A program made the translations under genes and the position numbers. A model generated the notes under the pieces. That model was given only the letters and a program-made list of their open reading frames with translations, was not told where the DNA came from and searched no databases. 64,000 nucleotides of DNA from a virus (taxonomy: Duplodnaviria > Caudoviricetes): the IMG/VR virus record IMGVR_UViG_3300032327_000792, one strand, 5' to 3'. Shown here one piece after another: positions 9,048 through 17,658 of the stretch (its first letter is position 1; every line of letters starts with the position of its first letter).

Positions 9048-10266
9048 AGTGTACTACGTTGATGTTGGGCATGTCCACGGGCAACTGGCGCCACGGATCC
9101 ACAATAACTGAACCTGATTTGATTTCGCAATACGGCTTGGTGGCTTCCTGTTCGCCTGTGTATTCGTAAGTTATTCGGCGATTGTGTGCCCATAAAAATA
9201 CAGCTGGCAAGTCCACACTTGCGACCACATTGGTTGCATCATCTGCCAACGGATCAACATAGGTCACACGATGACCGGCCTGTTCAACATAGTGCCCAAC
9301 CAAAGTTGAATAGCTTCCAATACAATAAGGAACATCTGGCTTGTATGCTTTGCCGTGAATCACAATTGGTAAGTTGTTTTTTTGTGCTTGTACCACCAAG
9401 AACAATGCCAAGTTTTTGGCCTGGATTTCTCTGGCATGCATGATTGTGTCAAATAAATCATATCCAACTTCGTATTCCTGTGCTAACCAACGTAAGGCAA
9501 TATTATCACGCGGATGACAGGCACCTGCATCGCCCATGCCTGCTGTCATGTACTTGGGTCCCATGATACGCATAGTTGATCTTGCTAGAGCATTGGTTAC
9601 AACATCAACGTTGATGTTGCCAATTTTAAGTGCAAAGTCTTGAATCATGTTGGCCAGTCCAACTTTGGCACTAATAAATGTGTTGTAAAAAATTTTGATT
9701 GCTTCGCATTCGTCCCACGTACCAATTTCGTAACGTGGATTGTTTTGCATGATAGTCTTGTAGATATCAATCAACTCACCAGCCAATGTATTTGGGTTAC
9801 CGTCCTCTGTGCCAATCATGATCATTTCTGGATTGACCATGTCCCATTTGACTGATCCCATGGCAATCAAATATGGATTGTACAGGAACTGATGTTTTTT
9901 ATCCAACAAGGTAATAAAGTGTCGACGTGTTGTTCCCGGCAATACAGTAGAAATCAGTACGACTTTTTTGGGAGTGGTAGCGTATTGGTTGACTTTTTGC
10001 AGTGCATCTTTGACTGCATCATGTCCAAAATCTTTGGGTGCCATGTGACTTGATGGAACCGACCCATCATAGCCTTCTTCGTGCGGTGTTGGTACCGCAA
10101 TAAAAATCCATTCGCTTTCGTTGACAGTTTCTTCAATGCTGCAAACTTTTACCTGGTCACTGGTTCTTGGGTAAATATCAAAGCCGCGTACAGTGTGTTT
10201 TTCTGCCATTACTTCAGCACAGTCCAGGCCAAGTTTTCCTAAACCAATAAATCCTATATTTTTCAT
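9025..10266 (-). CDS. UDP-glucose/GDP-mannose dehydrogenase family protein (full length)
   Basis: GFIGLGKLG NAD-binding, IAVPTP, STVLPGT, K-x-FYNTF, GACHPRD catalytic Cys, GKAYKP. Confidence 0.88.
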   Translation of the reverse strand: MKNIGFIGLGKLGLDCAEVMAEKHTVRGFDIYPRTSDQVKVCSIEETVNESEWIFIAVPTPHEEGYDGSVPSSHMAPKDFGHDAVKDALQKVNQYATTPKKVVLISTVLPGTTRRHFITLLDKKHQFLYNPYLIAMGSVKWDMVNPEMIMIGTEDGNPNTLAGELIDIYKTIMQNNPRYEIGTWDECEAIKIFYNTFISAKVGLANMIQDFALKIGNINVDVVTNALARSTMRIMGPKYMTAGMGDAGACHPRDNIALRWLAQEYEVGYDLFDTIMHAREIQAKNLALFLVVQAQKNNLPIVIHGKAYKPDVPYCIGSYSTLVGHYVEQAGHRVTYVDPLADDATNVVASVDLPAVFLWAHNRRITYEYTGEQEATKPYCEIKSGSVIVDPWRQLPVDMPNINVVHYGNTRNQ

Positions 10267-10269
10267 ATT

Positions 10270-11541
10270 ATGAGTGTCCCTTTAGATCGTTTATATCACT
10301 ACATTGAAAGCATCGCCCAAGAAGTCTACGGCGACGTATTAATTTATCGCTTTTATCCTCATGGGTCAAAAAAAATAGAAGATTTAACATGCCCCAAAAA
10401 AAAGCACACACCTTATCATGGTGCATACTGCCCTCAGTTGATATGCTACGATCAGGAACCGTTAAATTATGATCTATACAAACATACTCCTGTTCGATTA
10501 GATAAAAAATTTTATTCGTGTGATCCTAGCGACTTGCCAAAACGAAATCTTAGAGTTAAAGTTGGAAATATCTACGATAAATGCTTGTTGTTGCATAGTG
10601 AACTAAACAGTAACGAAGTTAATCGTTATCAACAAGATCAATTTGTGCCTGTGTACTACTGGAGTCACGCTATTATATCAAGAGACTGGTTTAGATATGC
10701 TGTACATGTTGACTTTAAAAAAGATATCAACAAAACTTTTTTAATTTATAATCGTGCATGGACCGGAACTAGAGAATATAGATTAAAATTTATTGAAATG
10801 CTGGGTGAGAACAATTTAGTCAATCATTGCCAAAGCAATTTTAATCCATCCGACGGCGAGAGCTATTATAAAACATATAAATTTGCCAACCCGGTTTGGA
10901 AACCCAACTCCGACTTAGAGCAATATTTTGATCCAACAACAGCGTCGAGTGCCAGCAGTGCAGATTTTGATATTGATGATTACAATAGCACAGAGATTGA
11001 AGTTGTACTTGAAACATTGTTTGATGATCAGCGTCAACAGTTAACTGAAAAGATACTGCGACCAATTGCTTGTAAACAGCCGTTTATTTTGGCATCTACG
11101 GCTGGCAGTTTGACATATTTACGTACATATGGATTTAAAACATTTGAAGAAATCTGGGACGAAAGCTATGATTCCATTGATGATCCAATCGAACGTATGC
11201 AAAGAATTATTAAAACAATGCGTGATATTGCATCATGGTCACCAGAATACAAAAAAACCCAGATGCAAAAACTTAGAGAAATTGTTGAACATAATCATCA
11301 ATATTTTTTTAGTGATAAATTTTTTCAGAGTGTAATCTTGGAACTTAAAAAAAATCTATCCACGGCATTTGACCACATAGAAAATACCACAGTTGGAAAA
11401 CACTACCTTGACGTTTCTATGAAGAATATACCCGGGATACGCGAACCCAGAAAAACTTCTAGTTACAATAGACAGTTTAAACACGACGTACTTAAAAAAT
11501 TAAAAGAGTACAGAAAAAGAAATCGTAAAGGGGTTAAATAA
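10270..11541 (+). CDS. Putative glycosyltransferase (TEK...PF family, GT10-like C-terminus)
   Basis: LTEKILRPIACKQPFIL...LRTYGFKTF..WDESYD motif; AT-rich. Confidence 0.5.
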   Translation: MSVPLDRLYHYIESIAQEVYGDVLIYRFYPHGSKKIEDLTCPKKKHTPYHGAYCPQLICYDQEPLNYDLYKHTPVRLDKKFYSCDPSDLPKRNLRVKVGNIYDKCLLLHSELNSNEVNRYQQDQFVPVYYWSHAIISRDWFRYAVHVDFKKDINKTFLIYNRAWTGTREYRLKFIEMLGENNLVNHCQSNFNPSDGESYYKTYKFANPVWKPNSDLEQYFDPTTASSASSADFDIDDYNSTEIEVVLETLFDDQRQQLTEKILRPIACKQPFILASTAGSLTYLRTYGFKTFEEIWDESYDSIDDPIERMQRIIKTMRDIASWSPEYKKTQMQKLREIVEHNHQYFFSDKFFQSVILELKKNLSTAFDHIENTTVGKHYLDVSMKNIPGIREPRKTSSYNRQFKHDVLKKLKEYRKRNRKGVK

Positions 11542-11544
11542 TTG

Positions 11545-13596
11545 ATGTTCAAAAAAGTTCTACTTAGCTCCTGGACTGCTCTATTAACCCTTGTGTTGAT
11601 AGTGGGCATACGTGTAGCAGATCCCTCATTTGTCGAAAGCGTAAGACTACGGTATTTTGACACGCTGATTACTGCCAAAGCTCCAACTGAGAATAACATC
11701 TATACTGTCAACATAGATGAAGCCGCGCTAGACAAATATGGCCAGTGGCCTTTACCGAGAGATCAATATGCTAAAATCATTCAAGATTTGTATCAGCGTG
11801 GTGCTGGTGTTGTGGTTCTTAATGTGCTTATGGCTGAGTCTGATCGCACCGGTGGAGACGTTGTACTAGCCAACGCACTAAAACAATACCCTGTGGTGCT
11901 TCCTAGTGTGCCCGGTGACAAAACAAAGAACAATCCACGACAACCCGGGTCAGCTGTTATTGGTGCCGAGTACACTGATCTAATTGTACAGTATCCGGGA
12001 TTAATTGCCAACGTTCGAGCTCTGGAAACCGGTGCAGTCGGAGTTGGTATTGTAAACACCTTGCCCGAAGTAGATGGTGTTAATCGTAGACTACCCATGG
12101 TAGTTGCTGTCAACGGACGAGTATATCCCAGCATGGCCATGGAGACTCTGCGTGTAGCCGCAGGTGATTCAACGTTTCAAGTCAAACTATCAGAAATTGG
12201 CGTAGAAAAGATGCGCATTCCGGCCGTTGGAGCTATCACCACAGACAACCTAGGACGTGTATGGGTTGATCTAAGTCAGCAATCAAAGTCGGCGAGTTTA
12301 ATGAACTTACCCAAAGACTTTGGTGGGGCTATTGTCATAGTCGGAGCAACGGCTGCTGGTATCGCCAACCCTGTTCCTACTGCCAAAGGTGCTGTATGGC
12401 CGCAGGAGTTTCAGGCCATGGCCATTGGCACAATGATCAATGGTGTGGTCATTGCCAGACCAGCATGGGCCAACGGTGCTGAACTTTTGACAATGTTGGC
12501 TGTTGGTGTTGTACTATTATTTTTAACAAGGTGGACTTATGTTGGTATTGCGTCGGTTATTGGTTTCATTGCTGTATTTGCGTATGGCAGTTACTTTATG
12601 TTTAGCAGTAGTCTTTGGCTATTTGACATTACCGGGCCAATCGCAGGAGTTGTCCTTGTTGCGCTCCATGCTTACGGAGTCAAGTTTGTTTCAGAGTTCT
12701 TACAAAAGCAACAGATAAAGAAACAGTTTGGCACATACCTATCGCCAGCTATGGTAGAAAGGTTACAGCGGAATCCAGAGCTACTACAACTAGGTGGTGA
12801 GTCAAGAGAACTTTCGATTATGTTCACTGACGTTCGTGGATTTACCACAATCTCAGAACACTATGGCAAAGATGTACAAGGCTTGACCCGAATCATGAAT
12901 CGCTACATGACAGCCATGACAGCAAAAATTATAGAGAACCAAGGTACCTTAGACAAGTATATTGGTGACGCACAGATGGCTTTTTGGAACGCACCCCTGG
13001 ATGATGCTGACCATGCCAAGAATGCTGTGCGTACAGGTTTACAAATGATGGGAAGTTTAGATGCATTCAATCAAGAAATTACAGCAGAAGGCATACCAGC
13101 TTTTGGTATGGGTCTTGGGATTAATACTGATACCGTTGTGGTCGGGAACATGGGCAGTGATCAGCGGTTTGACTATACTTGTCTCGGCGATGGCGTCAAC
13201 TTGGCAGCTCGTCTGGAAGGGCAAAGCAAGCCGTACGGTGTCAAAATCGTACTGGGCCCGAAGACGGCGCAACTGGTAAAAGACGAATATTTTGTGCTTG
13301 AGCTAGATTGTATAGCAGTCAAAGGCAAAAAAGAAGGTGTAACAATTTACACAGTGCTGGGTCGTAACAACGAGATCAATCTAGACAAAGGTGACGTGCA
13401 AATGCACGAAGCTATGTTGGTATTGTATCGTCAACAACGGTTTGACCAAGCCATTAAGTTCTGCCAAGACCTCAAGGGCAGATTTGCAGGTGAGATGGAC
13501 CAATACTACGACGCTTGGATAGAGCGTTGTGAGGAGATGAAACATGTTGAATTACCAACAGATTGGGACTCAGTTTACAGAGCAGTTTCAAAATAA
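11545..13596 (+). CDS. CHASE2-domain class III adenylate cyclase
   Basis: N-terminal TM, CHASE2 (IDEAAL..GQWP.PR; PEVDGVNRRLP), 3 TM, catalytic MFTDVRGFT, DKYIGDA, YTCLGDGVNLAARLE, VKGK. Confidence 0.93.
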   Translation: MFKKVLLSSWTALLTLVLIVGIRVADPSFVESVRLRYFDTLITAKAPTENNIYTVNIDEAALDKYGQWPLPRDQYAKIIQDLYQRGAGVVVLNVLMAESDRTGGDVVLANALKQYPVVLPSVPGDKTKNNPRQPGSAVIGAEYTDLIVQYPGLIANVRALETGAVGVGIVNTLPEVDGVNRRLPMVVAVNGRVYPSMAMETLRVAAGDSTFQVKLSEIGVEKMRIPAVGAITTDNLGRVWVDLSQQSKSASLMNLPKDFGGAIVIVGATAAGIANPVPTAKGAVWPQEFQAMAIGTMINGVVIARPAWANGAELLTMLAVGVVLLFLTRWTYVGIASVIGFIAVFAYGSYFMFSSSLWLFDITGPIAGVVLVALHAYGVKFVSEFLQKQQIKKQFGTYLSPAMVERLQRNPELLQLGGESRELSIMFTDVRGFTTISEHYGKDVQGLTRIMNRYMTAMTAKIIENQGTLDKYIGDAQMAFWNAPLDDADHAKNAVRTGLQMMGSLDAFNQEITAEGIPAFGMGLGINTDTVVVGNMGSDQRFDYTCLGDGVNLAARLEGQSKPYGVKIVLGPKTAQLVKDEYFVLELDCIAVKGKKEGVTIYTVLGRNNEINLDKGDVQMHEAMLVLYRQQRFDQAIKFCQDLKGRFAGEMDQYYDAWIERCEEMKHVELPTDWDSVYRAVSK

Positions 13597-13750
13597 TTAT
13601 TTTTTAAACGAGATATTTGACGGTTGGGCGTGGTTCATGCTCAAGCTAATGTATGCACCTTATGAATTACCTACTCAGTTAGGAGATGCCGAGTCCTGGA
13701 TAAAGAACGCAGGGTTAAACGGTGCTTGTTGGTTTGATATGTTTAATCCA

Positions 13751-13768
13751 AAGTAACACAACTGTAAC
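13751..13768 (+). promoter_or_regulatory. PhoB/OmpR-type direct-repeat box
   Basis: AAGTAAC-ACAA-CTGTAAC, 11-bp period; near-identical to 16638-16655. Confidence 0.5.
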
Positions 13769-13790
13769 ATGTTAAGTTATAAATAATTCT

Positions 13791-13858
13791 AATCGAGTGC
13801 AATGATCGAGCACAGTTGGAACTCGTAACCAACACTAAAGAGCCTAGGCTCTTTTTTT
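13791..13858 (+). ncRNA. Candidate small RNA with its own promoter and terminator
   Basis: TATAAATA at 13778-13785; hairpins GTGC/GCAC and GTTGG/CCAAC; terminator AAAGAGC-CTAG-GCTCTTTTTTT; no ORF. Confidence 0.55.
13837..13858 (+). terminator. Intrinsic terminator
   Basis: Palindrome AAAGAGCCTAGGCTCTTT followed by a T-tract. Confidence 0.8.
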
Positions 13859-13935
13859 AATGACTTGTAATATTGTGTGTAATATTTTGTCCACAACAAT
13901 TTGTTAAATAACTACACTACAAGGAGGAGTAAGCC

Positions 13936-14094
13936 ATGAAACAAGAAAAACTTGTTCAAAAGCTGTATCGGGCCTGCTTCGACCACGACGCCGAGAAGAT
14001 TGCAAAACTTCGCCAAGAAGAATTTGCCAAAATCTTGAAACGCAAGGCCGAAGGCAAGTCTTTTACTGCTGAGTGGACTGTTGTACAGATATAA
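13936..14094 (+). CDS. Small basic hypothetical protein (52 aa)
   Basis: [21 protein letters not shown]...; TAAATA and AAGGAGG RBS. Confidence 0.75.
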   Translation: MKQEKLVQKLYRACFDHDAEKIAKLRQEEFAKILKRKAEGKSFTAEWTVVQI

Positions 14095-15070
14095 GACTGC
14101 GTTGAAATATGTGCCAACAGGCTTCCCAGGTCCATCGTTGAGAAGCTTGTTGAACTCTGTTGCGATCTAACAACAAGCAGTGTTCCACAGCCGTGATTAG
14201 ATTTTCATCCATCCATCCATTGATACCATTTTCCACAACATCTATGGGTCCTTGCACAGGAAATGCTGCCACTGGAGTGCCTTGTGCCATGGCTTCAATC
14301 ATTACCAAGCCAAAAGTATCAGCTCTGCTGGGAAACACAAACACATCGGCGTTGTAGTATTGATTCACTAGATCTTGTCCTTGCTTGTAACCCAGGAACA
14401 ATGCATTGGGTAACAATCTCTGTGCTTCTTCCCTATAGGGGCCATCACCAACTATGATTAGAAAATAACGATTCTGTATTTCGACCAGTTGATCTAGTCC
14501 TTTTTCGGGACTGACGCGACCCACACACAACACAATGGGCAAGTGTTTGTGGTCGACTCGTAGGATATTGGGTTCAATAGATCTATCTACTCCGCGAGCC
14601 CACACAGTGAGATTTTTAAATCCGTGTGAGTGTAAATCTTTGCGTATGGTTTCAGTTGTGACCAACACTCTGTGACTGTTTTTGTGAAACCAACGCAGAT
14701 AAGCATAGGTCCAGCGAGCAGGAACTCCATACATCACAGATAAGAACTTAGGAAAGTCAGTGTGATAGCTAGTGTTATAACTATAACCATTACGCTCACA
14801 CCACCAGCGAGCAAAAAGGCCCACAGGTCCTTCTGTAGCGATGTGTATAAAGTCCGGCTGTATCTCCTTAATTTTTTTTGAGATACCCCAGGGCCACGAG
14901 AGCTTAACTTCAGGATAGCCAGGGCAATCACAATGAGGGAACTGCCCGGGATCAAGATAAACAACGTCATAGCCGTTGCCAACAGCATGACTTTCCAAGT
15001 TTTTGAAAGTTGTGACCACGCCATTGATCTGCTCCTGTGTGTTGTCCGTGACAATTAATATTTTAGGCAT
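14063..15070 (-). CDS. agt: GT4 glycosyltransferase, Agt-like diacylglycerol glycosyl/glucuronosyltransferase
   Basis: [78 protein letters not shown]; start moved to MPKIL. Confidence 0.8.
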   Translation of the reverse strand: MPKILIVTDNTQEQINGVVTTFKNLESHAVGNGYDVVYLDPGQFPHCDCPGYPEVKLSWPWGISKKIKEIQPDFIHIATEGPVGLFARWWCERNGYSYNTSYHTDFPKFLSVMYGVPARWTYAYLRWFHKNSHRVLVTTETIRKDLHSHGFKNLTVWARGVDRSIEPNILRVDHKHLPIVLCVGRVSPEKGLDQLVEIQNRYFLIIVGDGPYREEAQRLLPNALFLGYKQGQDLVNQYYNADVFVFPSRADTFGLVMIEAMAQGTPVAAFPVQGPIDVVENGINGWMDENLITAVEHCLLLDRNRVQQASQRWTWEACWHIFQRSLISVQQSTQQ

Positions 15071-15848
15071 TGCGATATTGTTTGTTAGATTCAATAGCAG
15101 TAGACAACATAGGCATGTGTACCTGTTGACCTTGGGCTAGATAGTTCAATGCTGCGGTATCCTTGGGGAAGCATGCTCCGCCATAGCCATGTTCTCCGTC
15201 AGGCCCGGGTACAGCCCAGTGAGTATTGCCCAAGCGGCTATCTGTTTTGGCAATACTGGACAGTTTGTCCCAATCCAGTTCCAATGCATGAGCCAATACA
15301 TACAACTCATTGTTCACAATAACCTTCATGGCCAGCATACAATTGGCCATGTACTTGAAGTAACTGGCTTCTTCGATGCTACAGTATTCTATTTTTACTC
15401 GATCAAAGTTCACAGCACTGGACATCAATATGTCAGTGACTTCATCACGTAGTTTCTTTCGACATCCTACCACAATCTTGTGTGGGTTTACATAGTCAAA
15501 CTTGGCACGAGCCTGTGTCAAAAACTCTGGTACATGTGCTAGATTTAGATCTAGCTCTTTTTCCAACTGTCTATAAACTGTAGGACTTGCTGTGCTTTTG
15601 GCAACAACTATTCCGTTGTACCCAGATAGGCCTGTCAACACCTGTGTTAATGTTGAGGTATCACACTCGCCTGAGTCAGACTGAGGAGTTGGTACACAAA
15701 CAAATATAGCACGGCATTTGTCACGAAGTTTGTCTATTGAGACCGATTCTGATCCTAGCTTGGGATCATTTATCAAAATCTTGTCGTCAGGATAACTGGC
15801 AGCCACTGCCGAGCCAACATATCCATTGCCTATGATACCTATTTTCAT
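15063..15848 (-). CDS. ugd: UDP-glucose 6-dehydrogenase-like protein lacking the C-terminal domain
   Basis: GIIGNGYVG, FVCVPTP, KSTASP, PEFL, KYMANCMLA, GYGGACFPKD; only 261 aa. Confidence 0.8.
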   Translation of the reverse strand: MKIGIIGNGYVGSAVAASYPDDKILINDPKLGSESVSIDKLRDKCRAIFVCVPTPQSDSGECDTSTLTQVLTGLSGYNGIVVAKSTASPTVYRQLEKELDLNLAHVPEFLTQARAKFDYVNPHKIVVGCRKKLRDEVTDILMSSAVNFDRVKIEYCSIEEASYFKYMANCMLAMKVIVNNELYVLAHALELDWDKLSSIAKTDSRLGNTHWAVPGPDGEHGYGGACFPKDTAALNYLAQGQQVHMPMLSTAIESNKQYRNA

Positions 15849-16606
15849 TTTTCGCTCACAATCTCATTCCAGTATACAATTTCCCAACGACCATCCCAGT
15901 GTTCAACCAATGCTGTACAACTTTCTACCCAGTCGCCGTCGTTCATGTACACAATACCATCAATGTCTCGTATTTCAGCTGTGTGTATGTGTCCACAGAT
16001 GATGCCATCATAGCCTTTGGTCTTGCAATAGTCAGCCAACAATGTTTCAAAGTTTAAGACATACGAAACAGCCTGTTTGGTATTTTGCTTGATCCAGCGA
16101 CTCATGGACCAGTATCTAAGACCCAATCGAGAACGCACAAAGGACCATGCATCGTTCAAACGAATAATGATGTCGTACAACCAATCTCCAATGTGCATCA
16201 GCACTCGCCCTGAACTGATGTGCATCAATGTGTCAAACATATCTCCATGTACCACTAGATACCGACGACCATCCAATCCTGTGTAATCACATCGGTTGAC
16301 AACTTCAACATTGCCCACTGCAGGAATAAAGTTTAGCCATTTACGTAGTACTTCATCGTGATTACCCACAATGTATTTGATTGTAGCACCTCGTTTGGCT
16401 GCTGTCAATATTTTACGGACAACGTTTGAATGTTCTTGGGGCCAAAACCATTTCTTTTGTAGACGCCAACCGTCAATGATATCGCCTACCAGTAATATTG
16501 TTTCGGCTGTGTTGTGTTTTAAAAAGTTACAAAGCAAATCTGCCTTGCATCCTCGGCTGCCCAGATGTATGTCGCTGATACTGATAGTTCTATATTTTGG
16601 TTGCAT
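15845..16606 (-). CDS. plcP: PlcP-like phospholipase C (LpxH-like metallophosphoesterase)
   Basis: SDIHLG, C.A..L..FL, LVGDIIDGW.L...W.WP..H..VV.KIL, GNHDE, HGDMFD, GL.YWS.S, CGHIH, NDGDWVESCTALVE. Confidence 0.85.
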   Translation of the reverse strand: MQPKYRTISISDIHLGSRGCKADLLCNFLKHNTAETILLVGDIIDGWRLQKKWFWPQEHSNVVRKILTAAKRGATIKYIVGNHDEVLRKWLNFIPAVGNVEVVNRCDYTGLDGRRYLVVHGDMFDTLMHISSGRVLMHIGDWLYDIIIRLNDAWSFVRSRLGLRYWSMSRWIKQNTKQAVSYVLNFETLLADYCKTKGYDGIICGHIHTAEIRDIDGIVYMNDGDWVESCTALVEHWDGRWEIVYWNEIVSEK

Positions 16607-16637
16607 ACACTATTTACAGTTTCTGCAACATTGCCCT

Positions 16638-16655
16638 ATTACATTTGTGTTACAT
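16638..16655 (-). promoter_or_regulatory. PhoB/OmpR-type direct-repeat (Pho-box-like) upstream of plcP
   Basis: ATGTAAC-ACAA-ATGTAAT, 11-bp period, ~30 nt upstream of the plcP start. Confidence 0.55.
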
Positions 16656-16684
16656 TAGAAGGCTTTGATTATCACAAATAACAT

Positions 16685-17095
16685 TTATTTGATAGGAATA
16701 CGCAATCGTGCCGCAATACATCCAGCAACCATGTCTCCGACTTGTGGGATAATCATTGTGCATACCCAGCCATAACACACTTCGGGCAATGCCACAGGTA
16801 TCACATTCTGTACAGCATAGCCAGTAACTGCGCCAGCGTTGATACCTATGTCCCAGCGATTATTTTTATACAAAGAATATCTAGCATAGGCATACGTGCT
16901 GTAACGATACTCACTGTTTTTATAAGCGCCTGCTGCTGCTGTCCAATTACCACCAATTGTTTGCTCGTAACCAGCGCCCCAGTTTTGTTCGTTGTATCCA
17001 GATTTATTGTGTTTGCTTACACCATTGAAATGTACGTAAGATTCTGCACTAGCAGTTGATGTGATGAATAGTAATAAGAAAAGTAGGCGTTTCAT
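16685..17095 (-). CDS. Small outer-membrane beta-barrel, PagP-like
   Basis: Signal peptide ASA; SKH..YNEQNWGAG..AYKNS..STY..GAVTGY pattern. Confidence 0.55.
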   Translation of the reverse strand: MKRLLFLLLFITSTASAESYVHFNGVSKHNKSGYNEQNWGAGYEQTIGGNWTAAAGAYKNSEYRYSTYAYARYSLYKNNRWDIGINAGAVTGYAVQNVIPVALPEVCYGWVCTMIIPQVGDMVAGCIAARLRIPIK

Positions 17096-17106
17096 ACACC
17101 TACTTA

Positions 17107-17439
17107 TTATCCTTCTCCGGATCCTGCTGTTTTCTTGTCTTCGTCGTTGACTTTTTTCATAGTTTGTTTGTTGATTTCAGCCTCAGCTTCCACACGCTCA
17201 TATTCAATGGTTTTACCACGTAGGTGTAACACTGTGTTGACTTTCTGATTTAGTCTGATCAAATCGTTGTCCAACATGCGAATACGATCAATAAGTGCAA
17301 TCAGTACAGTGTTGGCTTCTGATATAACCGGCTTGACTTCTTTGGTCGACCATTCCCATACATATTTTATTATATACCCAAGACCGACTGCCATAACAAT
17401 CGGGAATCCATATTTTTGTATTAGTGCTACTACGTCCAT
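17107..17439 (-). CDS. Single-TM coiled-coil protein
   Basis: KYGFPIVMAVGLGY TM then LIDRIRMLDNDLIRL; paralogous pattern to 17839-18120; AAGGAG RBS. Confidence 0.75.
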   Translation of the reverse strand: MDVVALIQKYGFPIVMAVGLGYIIKYVWEWSTKEVKPVISEANTVLIALIDRIRMLDNDLIRLNQKVNTVLHLRGKTIEYERVEAEAEINKQTMKKVNDEDKKTAGSGEG

Positions 17440-17440
17440 T

Positions 17441-17593
17441 TTATCTCCTTAATTCCAATATACTTTTTATTGTTTTATTACAAAAGTCTTTTATCTGCTC
17501 TTCGAGTTTGATTATCAACCACACACAATACACACTCGCTGCCAATGTCAGAATGGAAATAAAATAAATTGCTAGGAGTATGTAGTTATTCAA
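17441..17593 (-). CDS. Small membrane peptide (50 aa)
   Basis: TTG start overlapping the upstream TGA; hydrophobic NNYILLAIYFISILTLAASVYCVWLII. Confidence 0.45.
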   Translation of the reverse strand: MNNYILLAIYFISILTLAASVYCVWLIIKLEEQIKDFCNKTIKSILELRR

Positions 17594-17658
17594 AATGCAA
17601 CGTCCAATAAAACACCAATAGCAGGCAAACTGTCATACCACTGTTGCCATCTACTCAT
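17590..17658 (-). CDS. 22-aa mini ORF, possibly a gene remnant
   Basis: MSRWQQWYDSLPAIGVLLDVAF; coupled to both neighbours. Confidence 0.3.
   Translation of the reverse strand: MSRWQQWYDSLPAIGVLLDVAF

Noticed and set aside
13865-13886. GTAATATT direct repeat as a third Pho-like box
   Set aside because: Period is 12, not 11, and the sequence is AT-rich; may be chance
15845-16606. Call as LpxH of lipid A synthesis
   Set aside because: Extra W.WP..H..VV.K and GL.YWS.S motifs and the adjacent Agt-like GT4 fit PlcP better
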